Virus record (IMG/VR): IMGVR_UViG_3300042887_005053
Span: 140,337 to 204,336 of that record
Direction: 5' to 3' (one strand)
DNA: 64,000 nt
Positions 48,357 to 57,036 of this stretch are shown piece after piece. The position numbers and the translations under genes are program-made. The notes beneath the pieces were generated by a model. That model did no database searches and had not been told where the DNA came from. It saw only the letters and a program-made list of their open reading frames with translations. How positions within the stretch are numbered: the first letter of the stretch is position 1; every line of letters begins with the position of its first letter.

Positions 48357-49252
48357 ATTATTTCATTTATTTTAGTTAATTGTTTATTGTTTAATATATA
48401 TAATTTTATATTATTCTTTGATAGAAAGTCTATTTTTAGTTTATCTCTGTAAATTTGTCTCTCATAATATTCTTCTCCTCCCCAACAATCAATTGGCTTG
48501 TAATGTTGTATTCCATTTACCTCTATAACTTGATTATAGTCTGGAAGGTAAAAATCAAATCTTAATTTTCTACCAGTTTTTGGGTTTATTAATCCATCAA
48601 ATGTTTTTTCGGTTTCAAATTTTATAGACTTTGATCTTAAATAGTTTTCTACATACTTTTCGGCATATCTTACATCGATTCTCGAACAATATGGACAACC
48701 TCTTTTGTTGTGTATAAAAGAACTCATTGATTTGTAATGTGTCCGGCTACAAATTGCATGAAGAATTTCTACTTTAGTATGACAGTTGTTCACTTCCTCA
48801 AGTATTTGATAATCTTTTCCATAAATGTTATCACATTGTTCAATCCAATAACTGTTAGATTTAAGTGAATATTTACTACATTGTTTACAACCATTCTTGT
48901 GGTTTAAGTGATTATTCATAGTCATTTCTATGACAGAGTTACACTTTTTGTGTAGAATTTTTACTTTTTGCTTGATATTCAAAGGTTCTTCTAAGATGGT
49001 AAACTCGGAATTATGTATTTTATCACTTAGAATTTGATGTTCTTTTAATGTTCTCTTATTTTTTCTTGAGCAAAATTTACAATATCTTTTAGTGTGATTA
49101 TTTAGATTCATTTCTAAGATATTCATGCATTTTTTATGTAAAATTTTTACTTTCTGTGATCCCGAGATCGGATCTTCTAGAATTTTAAACTCTTTATTGT
49201 GTATGCTATCACTTTCTGTTTGCCATTCTTCTCGTGACTTTTTCTTTGACAT
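48353..49252 (-). CDS. Putative homing endonuclease (three HxxC..CxxC Zn repeats plus PD-(D/E)xK/DUF559-like nuclease)
   Basis: KVKILHKKC x3 and LRFDFYLPDYNQVIEVNGIQHY. It has an ATGA overlap with clpS. Confidence 0.7.
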   Translation of the reverse strand: MSKKKSREEWQTESDSIHNKEFKILEDPISGSQKVKILHKKCMNILEMNLNNHTKRYCKFCSRKNKRTLKEHQILSDKIHNSEFTILEEPLNIKQKVKILHKKCNSVIEMTMNNHLNHKNGCKQCSKYSLKSNSYWIEQCDNIYGKDYQILEEVNNCHTKVEILHAICSRTHYKSMSSFIHNKRGCPYCSRIDVRYAEKYVENYLRSKSIKFETEKTFDGLINPKTGRKLRFDFYLPDYNQVIEVNGIQHYKPIDCWGGEEYYERQIYRDKLKIDFLSKNNIKLYILNNKQLTKINEII

Positions 49253-49292
49253 AGTTTTTTAGTTATATATATTAACCAAGTCAAACACCCTC

Positions 49293-49799
49293 TTAGAAAA
49301 TTTGTTTTTTGTTTAAGGCATCAATTACATTGACTTTTATTGATTGGTTTTTTGCCCAATCAGCGAATCTTGATAGATGTTCTTGTCTATCATCATACAT
49401 GGTGAACTCTTCAGCGTCGGGATTATCAGAAATTATTTTTTCGAATAATTTACATTTAAATGTAAATGTATCACCACCAGTATTACAAAACACATCATCA
49501 AGTTTTATATCATGAAATTCTAAAATATCTAAAACTTGTTTTTTTAATTTTTCGAGTCTGCCTGTTGCTAAAAAAACATATGTATCTGGTTCTGATATTT
49601 CTTTTTTATAGCAATTATAAACCCATCTATTAACTGGTGGTTGAAAAATATCTAAATTAAGTGATTCTGGATTACCCCACCAACCTTTAGAAAGCCACTT
49701 TTGACCAGTGATTCTTTCCCATTGTGGTTTTCCCGATTCTGGTTCTGGTGTATCAATTAGAGTTTGGTCGAAGTCAAAACAAATTAGTCGTTTGTGCAT
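49293..49799 (-). CDS. HAD-superfamily phosphatase (RNA-repair/PNKP-type HAD)
   Basis: CFDFDQTL, LATGR, FK and MYDDR. The ATG at 49799 lies downstream of a minus-strand TATATTTG at 49823-49830. Confidence 0.75.
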   Translation of the reverse strand: MHKRLICFDFDQTLIDTPEPESGKPQWERITGQKWLSKGWWGNPESLNLDIFQPPVNRWVYNCYKKEISEPDTYVFLATGRLEKLKKQVLDILEFHDIKLDDVFCNTGGDTFTFKCKLFEKIISDNPDAEEFTMYDDRQEHLSRFADWAKNQSIKVNVIDALNKKQIF

Positions 49800-49855
49800 G
49801 AAAAAGTTTTTAATATATATCACAAATATATAAATAAAAATTTAATAAAAAAAAT

Positions 49856-50275
49856 ATGAGTAAGAAAGTATTAATTATCTCATTAGTTTTACTTGGTTTA
49901 ATAGGGTTAGTTTTTGGTTCGATTAGATTAATTAACAATTTTGACAAAGAGTTAAAGGAAGAAAACGAAAGATTAAAAAAAGAATTTAACAATATTCAAT
50001 CTGAAAGAGATTCTCTAAAAGCGGCTAGAGAAATCATGAAAACAAGATTTGATAGTATTCAAGTAATTATCAACATTGAAGAAGAAAAAATAGCTGAATT
50101 AACCAAAGCTTTATTACTTTCTAAGAAAAATTTGTCAAATGCAGTATCTGACTTGAATAAAGAAAAAGAAAAGATTGAAGAAACAGACAAAAAAATACAA
50201 GAAATTAATAATAATCCTATAAAAAGAGAAGGTGATCAGTTATTAAAATCATTAAATAAAAAATTAAAACCATAA
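49856..50275 (+). CDS. N-terminal TM coiled-coil protein (i-spanin-like)
   Basis: A single N-terminal hydrophobic helix followed by a long coiled coil. Confidence 0.45.
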   Translation: MSKKVLIISLVLLGLIGLVFGSIRLINNFDKELKEENERLKKEFNNIQSERDSLKAAREIMKTRFDSIQVIINIEEEKIAELTKALLLSKKNLSNAVSDLNKEKEKIEETDKKIQEINNNPIKREGDQLLKSLNKKLKP

Positions 50276-50276
50276 T

Positions 50277-50786
50277 ATGAAAAATATATTGATATTTCTT
50301 TTAACACTGTTAAGTCTAACAACACTTTCTCAAGATACTACATCTTTTCCTCAATTTTATATTGAAAACGAAGATACTTTGGGAATCATACTATCTATTG
50401 AACAAGCTCAACAAATAGATAATGATGCTGAGTTATTGGAACTTTTACAACAAAAAGGTATAAATTGTGATTCAACTATTAAGGCTTATATCAAGGTCGT
50501 AAATGAATATGATAATCAGATTGCTATTTTAGAGTTGAAAATTAAATCTCAACAAGTCATAATTGAACAAAAGGACGAACAAGTTAAAAATTTGAATTCG
50601 AGACTAGAAAACTGTGAAACAGATGTATTATCTGCAAACAGACAAATCGACATTTTACAAGAGACTATTAAAAACTTGGAAAAAAGACTAACTTTATCAA
50701 AGATAAAAGGTGGATTAAAACTTGGAGGTGGTGTTGTGGTTGGTGGAATATTAGGATTCATTTTAGGAGTTGTAATACTTCATTAA
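50277..50786 (+). CDS. Signal-peptide coiled-coil protein with C-terminal TM (spanin-partner-like)
   Basis: Sec-type signal (…TTLS/QD), a coiled coil and a Gly-rich hydrophobic C-terminus. No lipobox. Confidence 0.4.
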   Translation: MKNILIFLLTLLSLTTLSQDTTSFPQFYIENEDTLGIILSIEQAQQIDNDAELLELLQQKGINCDSTIKAYIKVVNEYDNQIAILELKIKSQQVIIEQKDEQVKNLNSRLENCETDVLSANRQIDILQETIKNLEKRLTLSKIKGGLKLGGGVVVGGILGFILGVVILH

Positions 50787-50854
50787 AAATGTTGAAAAAA
50801 TGAATTTTCAATTATAATATATACATTAATATTAATAAAAAATTAAAGATTAAG

Positions 50855-51460
50855 ATGAAACACATCAAACAATTTGAGTCTTATAGAGTTGAAAGAAGAA
50901 GAGAGGAAATTATTAAAGAATCTGTACTTCAAGTAAATGACATTTACAAAGTAAAGGTTATGGTTGATATACCTCAATCATTGTTAAATGCTTATGTTAA
51001 AAAAGTAAAAGATACAGCTGGAAAAAATCTTCGTCAGTTTTATGGTGATATGGATTTAGCTGAAGAGATTGTAAAGTATGTTACTATGAATTTTATTGAT
51101 TCTGAAAAAATTCCTACAAATGCATTAGTTGGCGGAGCTCAGGCTCAAGGTCAAGCTCAACCACAAGCTCAACCACAAGCTCAACCACAAGCTCAACCAC
51201 AAGCTGAAACTGAGACACAAACTGAAACTGAAGAACCGGCTCAAGTTCAAGTTCAAACTGAAGCTCAACCAGAAGAAACAACACAAGCTCAACCACAAGA
51301 GGAAAAAGAAGAAAATTTCGAAGAAGTAGCTGAAGAAGGTGGTGAAGAAAAAGAAGAAACTACTGAAGAAGGTGGTGAAGAAAAAGAAGAAACTACTGAA
51401 GAAGGTGGTGAAGAAAAAGAAGAAACTACTGAAGAAGGTGGTGAAGAATTACCAGCTTAA
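50855..51460 (+). CDS. Tagged protein with Q/P and acidic repeats (prohead core-like)
   Basis: Starts MKHIKQFESY, contains QAQP x4 and EEGGEEKEETT x3, and has a strong late promoter. Confidence 0.6.
   Translation: MKHIKQFESYRVERRREEIIKESVLQVNDIYKVKVMVDIPQSLLNAYVKKVKDTAGKNLRQFYGDMDLAEEIVKYVTMNFIDSEKIPTNALVGGAQAQGQAQPQAQPQAQPQAQPQAETETQTETEEPAQVQVQTEAQPEETTQAQPQEEKEENFEEVAEEGGEEKEETTEEGGEEKEETTEEGGEEKEETTEEGGEELPA
51152..51447 (+). repeat. Coding tandem repeats: 12-bp CAAGCTCAACCA x4 and 33-bp GAAGAAGGTGGTGAAGAAAAAGAAGAAACTACT x3.5
   Basis: Directly visible at 51152-51205 and 51332-51447. Confidence 0.9.
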
Positions 51461-51484
51461 TTAGTAAAGTGATATTTATAAAAT

Positions 51485-51510
51485 AAACCCATCGAAATGA
51501 TGGGTTTTTT
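51485..51510 (+). terminator. Intrinsic terminator
   Basis: AAAACCCATC-gaaat-GATGGGTTTT. Confidence 0.85.
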
Positions 51511-51529
51511 GTTTAATATATAAATACAT

Positions 51530-52150
51530 ATGAGACATATTAAATTATATGAGAATTTTGAGTCAAAAAAAACAACTCTACTAATAATTGATGTTCAAAA
51601 GTCTTTCAAGAAGTTTTTCAATGAAATGTATTTAAATGAATTAGAAAAATATTGTAATAACTTTTCTGAAGTATATCAAATATTTGATAATCATGTTGAT
51701 GGAAAAAATGTTGATCAAGATTATTTACATGATGAGAATCCGGAAATTCCAGTAAATGGAGATTTATATACTTTTCCGAATCAAGTCGATATTATAGAAA
51801 AGAGATACAGATATGATGTTGATGTCAATTTTTTCAAAAATAAAATGAGCAAAGAACAATTTGAACATATTTCAAATTTAGAAAGAAACAACCAGATCAA
51901 GATTGGTGATTATTTTGAGATTAATAATGGTGTTGTGTTGTTTTACATTGGGAACAATCATAAGTGGTTTGAATGCCCGAAAAAACTTTATAATTTGTTG
52001 AACAATTTGGTTGATAAAGAAGTGACTATTGTAGGTGGGTCAGACAGTGAGTGTTTACAAGATATTTTTATTTCGGCGGAATCACTTGGTGTTAAAATTA
52101 AGAGAGACTGGAAATATATTTGGTCAGCAAATCATTGTCCTATCGGATAG
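51530..52150 (+). CDS. Tagged cysteine hydrolase (isochorismatase/nicotinamidase family)
   Basis: Starts MRHIKLYENFES and contains LLIIDVQ, IIEK and TIVGGSDSECL. Confidence 0.65.
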   Translation: MRHIKLYENFESKKTTLLIIDVQKSFKKFFNEMYLNELEKYCNNFSEVYQIFDNHVDGKNVDQDYLHDENPEIPVNGDLYTFPNQVDIIEKRYRYDVDVNFFKNKMSKEQFEHISNLERNNQIKIGDYFEINNGVVLFYIGNNHKWFECPKKLYNLLNNLVDKEVTIVGGSDSECLQDIFISAESLGVKIKRDWKYIWSANHCPIG

Positions 52151-52538
52151 AATCAACAAATTTTCCAACTTGAGCATAAACTTCATAATCCGCAAATCTG
52201 AGGTATATAAACATAATATCTTGATAGTTTTCTGGATCTTGTACAAATACAACATTCAAAGTATAGTTTGTTTCAAGCAACTCAGGTATATATATAGATA
52301 TTTGTTCATTTATAGATTCTCTAACAAATGTATCAGAAACTTTAGTTTGATAAAGTAATTCTAAAAGATCAGCTCCAAATTCTGGATCACCCAGTACTTC
52401 ACCTTTATTTGTAAAAAGTATCATTTCATATTTTTGTATTATGACATTAATTACCTCATCTTCGATAAGCTCTTTATTAACAAATCTTGGATGATCTTTG
52501 TATAAAATGTAGAAATCTGAAAAATCAAATGAAGCCAT
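52140..52538 (-). CDS. gp25: Baseplate wedge/sheath initiator (gp25/GPW-like)
   Basis: ILFTNKGEVLGDPEFGADLLELLY...QISIYIPEL. Confidence 0.75.
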   Translation of the reverse strand: MASFDFSDFYILYKDHPRFVNKELIEDEVINVIIQKYEMILFTNKGEVLGDPEFGADLLELLYQTKVSDTFVRESINEQISIYIPELLETNYTLNVVFVQDPENYQDIMFIYLRFADYEVYAQVGKFVDSIR

Positions 52539-52570
52539 AGTTTATATATTAAAAGTAAATATATACATAT

Positions 52571-53179
52571 ATGAAGTATTTAAAATCATTTAATGAATCA
52601 CTTAATACCAATTCTTGGTTAGATAAAGAATTTTCTTCACCAGAAGAAATAGCTAAATTAATTGATTCTTATTTTAGAGATCATGATTATTCAAATTTGA
52701 TGCAAAATATGGATGATGTACTTATACAAACTCATCCGGATCCGGATTATCACGGTGATGAAATTATGAGATATAATGATATCCTATTGGCTGTTAGTGC
52801 ATTAATCGATCATAGTGGAGAGCCTTGGTATTCAGTTAAATTTGAGAGATTCTTAGGATTTCTAGATGAGATACAAGAAGAATCCCAACATGGATTATCT
52901 ATTGAGGAAATTGAAGATTTATTTTTAGATTTAGATTATAAGTATAGCATTACTAAAATGAACATTGCTGTTCGTGGTGAAAATGTTCCAGCATTCAAAG
53001 TAGAAATAAACAAGGTAACGGATACGGACTCTATGATGTTAATTAATAGATTTTGGAATACCGTTGGTAATAGATTGCCAAAAGAATATCAAATTAACAA
53101 ATTAGAAATGGAGAGAGAAAAAGATGGTATCGATTTCACTTTAATAATTGTTAAAAGAGATCACGAATCTTTCCAATAA
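52571..53179 (+). CDS. Tagged hypothetical protein
   Basis: Starts MKYLKSFNES, with a late motif at 52557. Confidence 0.6.
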   Translation: MKYLKSFNESLNTNSWLDKEFSSPEEIAKLIDSYFRDHDYSNLMQNMDDVLIQTHPDPDYHGDEIMRYNDILLAVSALIDHSGEPWYSVKFERFLGFLDEIQEESQHGLSIEEIEDLFLDLDYKYSITKMNIAVRGENVPAFKVEINKVTDTDSMMLINRFWNTVGNRLPKEYQINKLEMEREKDGIDFTLIIVKRDHESFQ

Positions 53180-54128
53180 CGGTCATTCCTAAAACAATAG
53201 GATCAGTATTTGTTTCTAATAGTTTTGTGTGTTCTGTGATAATATAATTAACTTGAAATAATTTCTCAATATTAGATTTCTTTTCTGATAAGGACCACTC
53301 AATAAAAGGTCTTCCAAATAGATTAATCAACTCGTCAATTTTTTCCGGTCCGAAATTATTCAATAAAAAGTGATAAGCTTCTTCATATGTTTTTGATTTA
53401 TCAAAAACCAAATCGTACAATTCATTTCGTAGTTTCAAATCAACTGTTGATCCAGAAAGGTTTGTAGAACCGGTTTGTCTGAAATTATCAACATCTATCA
53501 TAATGGCTCTAAAGTCTGGAAATTTCTTATTAATAATTTTTACTAAATCATCTTTAGGAATTCCAAAACCTTCACTTGGACAGATTGTTTTAGATATCTT
53601 CTTAAATATTTCAGTTTTCAAAAACTTTTCTTCATCTGGAGATTGACAATCAAAGTTTACTTCTATTAGTCTAGATCGAATACCAGGTGATACTTTGTTA
53701 ATATGATTGGTTGTCAAAACAAATCTAACATTTTTGGATGAGTATTCTTCAATGTATGCTTTTAATGCATCTTGGTATTGAGTAGAAGTTCTCTCAAACT
53801 CATCTAAAAAAACATATTTTATAGTATCTTTTGATATATCGGTATCCATATCGAATCCCATATACACTTTCGAGCAAAAATCATCAATTTTATTTCTAAG
53901 TGTATCTATGGATGTATAGAAAGAACTATTTAACTCGATATGTGGTGTATTTTTAATATATTTCCCTATTAATATGCGAGCGATTGTGGTTTTTCCCGTT
54001 CCGAAATGACCATAAAGTATAACATTTTGATTTAAACCATTTTCAAAAATTTTACGAATTCTGGGTAATAGAATAACATCTTCGATTGTTTTAGGTCTCC
54101 ACTTTTCGGATAATAAGAGTTGTTTCAT
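53151..54128 (-). CDS. gp44: Sliding-clamp loader ATPase subunit (T4 gp44/RFC-like)
   Basis: EKWRPKTIEDVIL, GHFGTGKTT, LDEFE, TTN, IRSRL and FPDFR. Confidence 0.9.
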   Translation of the reverse strand: MKQLLLSEKWRPKTIEDVILLPRIRKIFENGLNQNVILYGHFGTGKTTIARILIGKYIKNTPHIELNSSFYTSIDTLRNKIDDFCSKVYMGFDMDTDISKDTIKYVFLDEFERTSTQYQDALKAYIEEYSSKNVRFVLTTNHINKVSPGIRSRLIEVNFDCQSPDEEKFLKTEIFKKISKTICPSEGFGIPKDDLVKIINKKFPDFRAIMIDVDNFRQTGSTNLSGSTVDLKLRNELYDLVFDKSKTYEEAYHFLLNNFGPEKIDELINLFGRPFIEWSLSEKKSNIEKLFQVNYIITEHTKLLETNTDPIVLGMTVIGKIRDLF

Positions 54129-54217
54129 ATAAATTATAATTGAGTAAAATTATAAGTTGAAATAAGTCCAAAGTTTAAACTGGAATTAGAGGTATTGTGA
54201 AAAAATATATATAAATT

Positions 54218-55054
54218 ATGATAGGTGAAAGATTTAACTTTGAAGATGTCTTCTTTCGTGATTTGACAATCTGTGTATTAGATACACTTGAAGGTGAGAT
54301 TCGTTGGGTTAATAAATTCTCTTCTGGTGATAGAGAGGTTAATGTTCCTTTTTATTATTCAATGACCGGAGATGAAAGATTTTTATTAGACTCATTTACT
54401 GATGATGTTGTTTCTAACAACAGGTTCGTGGATGTTAACACTGATATGATTCCAAGAGGTCATTTAACATTAACTGGTTTCGATATTCGGTCAGATGAGT
54501 TTGCCAATCCAAATGTTTGGTTAAAAATGGTCATTGAAAATCAAGATGAGATTCGTAAAGTTTTAACTAAGGTCAGAGCTGTTCCGGTGTCGGTCAAATA
54601 CGATTTGAGTATTTTATTATCATCTGAAATAGATATATTTAAGTGTAGTCAAGCTATTATGGATACTCTTTGGTTATATCGATTTATGTATTTTGAGCAT
54701 AATTTTATGAATATTGATGCTGTGATGTTAATACCTGATTCAAATCAGGTGGAAATTAATAGAGAAAAAAATATGACTTCAGAAAATCAGATAAAACTAA
54801 CTGTATCATTTGAGGTTCAAACTTATTATCCAGCATATAGAAAGCCAAGATTTGGTCAACCGTCTAGTGATCCTATGGACAAAAATAAAGCTTGGTCAAA
54901 TGTCTACAATTATGATTCAACTAACTTATCAACTACTGATATCTTGGTTTATCCTAAGAAAACAAGGTGGTATAGTAATTTAATAGAATCTAGAGGAAAT
55001 GGTAATCCAAGAAGTACTAATCAAAATTCAGATAAGGACATTAATAAACAGTAG
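54218..55054 (+). CDS. gp15: Tail completion/sheath stabiliser (T4 gp15-like)
   Basis: NVPFYYS...IPRG...AVPVSVKYDLSILLSSEIDIFKCSQAI...LTVSFEVQTYYP. Confidence 0.65.
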   Translation: MIGERFNFEDVFFRDLTICVLDTLEGEIRWVNKFSSGDREVNVPFYYSMTGDERFLLDSFTDDVVSNNRFVDVNTDMIPRGHLTLTGFDIRSDEFANPNVWLKMVIENQDEIRKVLTKVRAVPVSVKYDLSILLSSEIDIFKCSQAIMDTLWLYRFMYFEHNFMNIDAVMLIPDSNQVEINREKNMTSENQIKLTVSFEVQTYYPAYRKPRFGQPSSDPMDKNKAWSNVYNYDSTNLSTTDILVYPKKTRWYSNLIESRGNGNPRSTNQNSDKDINKQ

Positions 55055-55195
55055 AAAAAAGTGATAAAATATATTTTATATATACATAATGTAAATATGT
55101 GTCAGAAAGGATTTTTCAAAGAAATAAAATTGAAAAAAATGACTTTTTGTTTATAATATATACATTTAAGAAATTAAAAAATAATAATCGTTATT

Positions 55196-56479
55196 ATGAA
55201 GAATCTCAAATTGGAGTTATTCAACTTTAGAAAGAATTTATCGGTGGATCAAGAAGAAGTATCTTATATTCTTGAAGGTCATATCAAGGCTTGTAATGAT
55301 TTATCAGAAAAGTCAATTGTTCTTTCTTTGAATGAGAAATTAAAAGCATATACATTTGATAATGAAATTAAGAGCTTATTAGAGTCTCTTAACAATGATA
55401 TGGCTGAGTATCAATTAGTTTATGAATTAAAGCATCTTTATAATGTTTTGAATACCAAAAATCAAGGTGAGATTTATAGACAACCAATCAATGTTTTATT
55501 ACAAACAATAAACTTAGAGTCAGATCAAGATAGAATGTCTAAAGTTCTTAACGAATTAGCAGTTTATGATTGGGTTCCTGAAATTAAATTATTCGTACAT
55601 AATTTAACTAAGTCTCCACAACAAAGAGCTAATCTTTTGTCTGGTGGTAAAGCTGAATCAGTTTACACAATCGTTGAACAAGTAGAAGAAGGATATTTGT
55701 GTCTAATTAGAGATTCTTGGTTTTTATTATGTGATGACAAAGTTGAAAAAACTTTGTTAGAAACTCATGTAAAAGATCAAGAGAAATTAAGAACTCTTCG
55801 TAATTTAGAGATCGGTATGAGATATGCTTCTATCAGTGAAGATAGAGTAAATTTCAGAATTTCTGAAAACTTGACAATCGGTATGTCAGTTAATAAGAAA
55901 GGTGTTATCTTCATCAATGATGATGAAATGAACAAAGAAACAACATTAGAGAGTTTGTTTACTTCTCCAATTATTCCAATCGTGAATAAGAATTTTTATC
56001 CAATTTTACTTGAGACTTCAAATAACTTAAATAAATTCGTTGAAATGGATGTTGTTAAAAGAGTTTCTAACTTAATTAACCCTTATTTAGAAGTTTTTGC
56101 TTTCAATTATAAGAATGCAACTTTCCTATACAGATGTGATGAAAGATATGGTAACTCATTCTACAAGTATGAGTCATCATTAGAATTAGTAAATGAAGTA
56201 AAGAATGAATTGAATTATGATTTGACTTATTTTTATGAAAATAAATTAGGTAAAGAATTAATTAGCAAAAGAAGATTAGAAGATAAAGAAAGAGAAATTG
56301 TATTGAAATTAGAAGATGTTCAGTTTAACATTGATAAAGTAAAAGGTTCAATTAAAATGATCGGTGAATCACAAGCTCTTAATATTGCATTAACAAACTT
56401 GGAAAAAAGAAAAAATCACTTAGATTCTGAATTACAAAGTGTTAAAGAATTACAATATAAAGAAAGAGTTAAAGCATAA
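55196..56479 (+). CDS. Hypothetical late (probably structural) protein
   Basis: 427 aa, with two extended late promoters upstream and a C-terminal coiled coil. Confidence 0.55.
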   Translation: MKNLKLELFNFRKNLSVDQEEVSYILEGHIKACNDLSEKSIVLSLNEKLKAYTFDNEIKSLLESLNNDMAEYQLVYELKHLYNVLNTKNQGEIYRQPINVLLQTINLESDQDRMSKVLNELAVYDWVPEIKLFVHNLTKSPQQRANLLSGGKAESVYTIVEQVEEGYLCLIRDSWFLLCDDKVEKTLLETHVKDQEKLRTLRNLEIGMRYASISEDRVNFRISENLTIGMSVNKKGVIFINDDEMNKETTLESLFTSPIIPIVNKNFYPILLETSNNLNKFVEMDVVKRVSNLINPYLEVFAFNYKNATFLYRCDERYGNSFYKYESSLELVNEVKNELNYDLTYFYENKLGKELISKRRLEDKEREIVLKLEDVQFNIDKVKGSIKMIGESQALNIALTNLEKRKNHLDSELQSVKELQYKERVKA

Positions 56480-56497
56480 ACTAAAATGAAATAACAC

Positions 56498-56529
56498 AAA
56501 TCCTCAAAGAAATTTGGGGATTTTTTTTT
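56498..56529 (+). terminator. Intrinsic terminator
   Basis: AAATCCTCAAA-gaaa-TTTGGGGATTT followed by a T-tract. Confidence 0.8.
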
Positions 56530-56607
56530 ATTGAAACTTTTATTAAAAAAGTTCTATAAAATAAAAGCATTTCAGACATACTGAATTAAAAAAAATAATG
56601 CTTATCT

Positions 56608-56973
56608 ATGTACTTACATAACAAAGACCTCTATATAGAAATAATAGTTTCAAAGGCTCAAGGCAAACTAACTCCAAAATCTAAGCAAATGTTGGAAATT
56701 CTTGCCAAGAGAACTATCAAAAAAATGAGATATTATTCAAATGATGACAGAATGGATTGTTACCAGTCTGGCTTATTGGATATGTTTTCTAATTGGTATA
56801 ATTTCAACGAAGAAAAATCCGATAATGCTTTTGCTTATTTTACCGAGATATTTAAACGCGGACTAGCAAAAGGCTTCAATGAACTATATAAGAAAAAAGG
56901 TGATAACGATCATCAAATAAGATTGATTTCTATCGAAGGTTCTAATGATGGAATGGGTCTTCATTCTATTTAA
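56608..56973 (+). CDS. gp55: Late-transcription sigma factor (T4 gp55-like)
   Basis: YLHNKDLY...DDRMDC...YNFNEEKSDNAFAYFTEI resembles gp55 YVNNK...NFDxxKxxNPFAYFTQ. Confidence 0.75.
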   Translation: MYLHNKDLYIEIIVSKAQGKLTPKSKQMLEILAKRTIKKMRYYSNDDRMDCYQSGLLDMFSNWYNFNEEKSDNAFAYFTEIFKRGLAKGFNELYKKKGDNDHQIRLISIEGSNDGMGLHSI

Positions 56974-56989
56974 TAATAAAAAAACTAAT

Positions 56990-57020
56990 AAAAAAAACAC
57001 TCATATGAGTGTTTTTTTTT
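56990..57020. terminator. Bidirectional intrinsic terminator
   Basis: AAAAAAAACACTCA-ta-TGAGTGTTTTTTTT between convergent genes. Confidence 0.8.
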
Positions 57021-57036
57021 ATGTATTTAATTTTAG

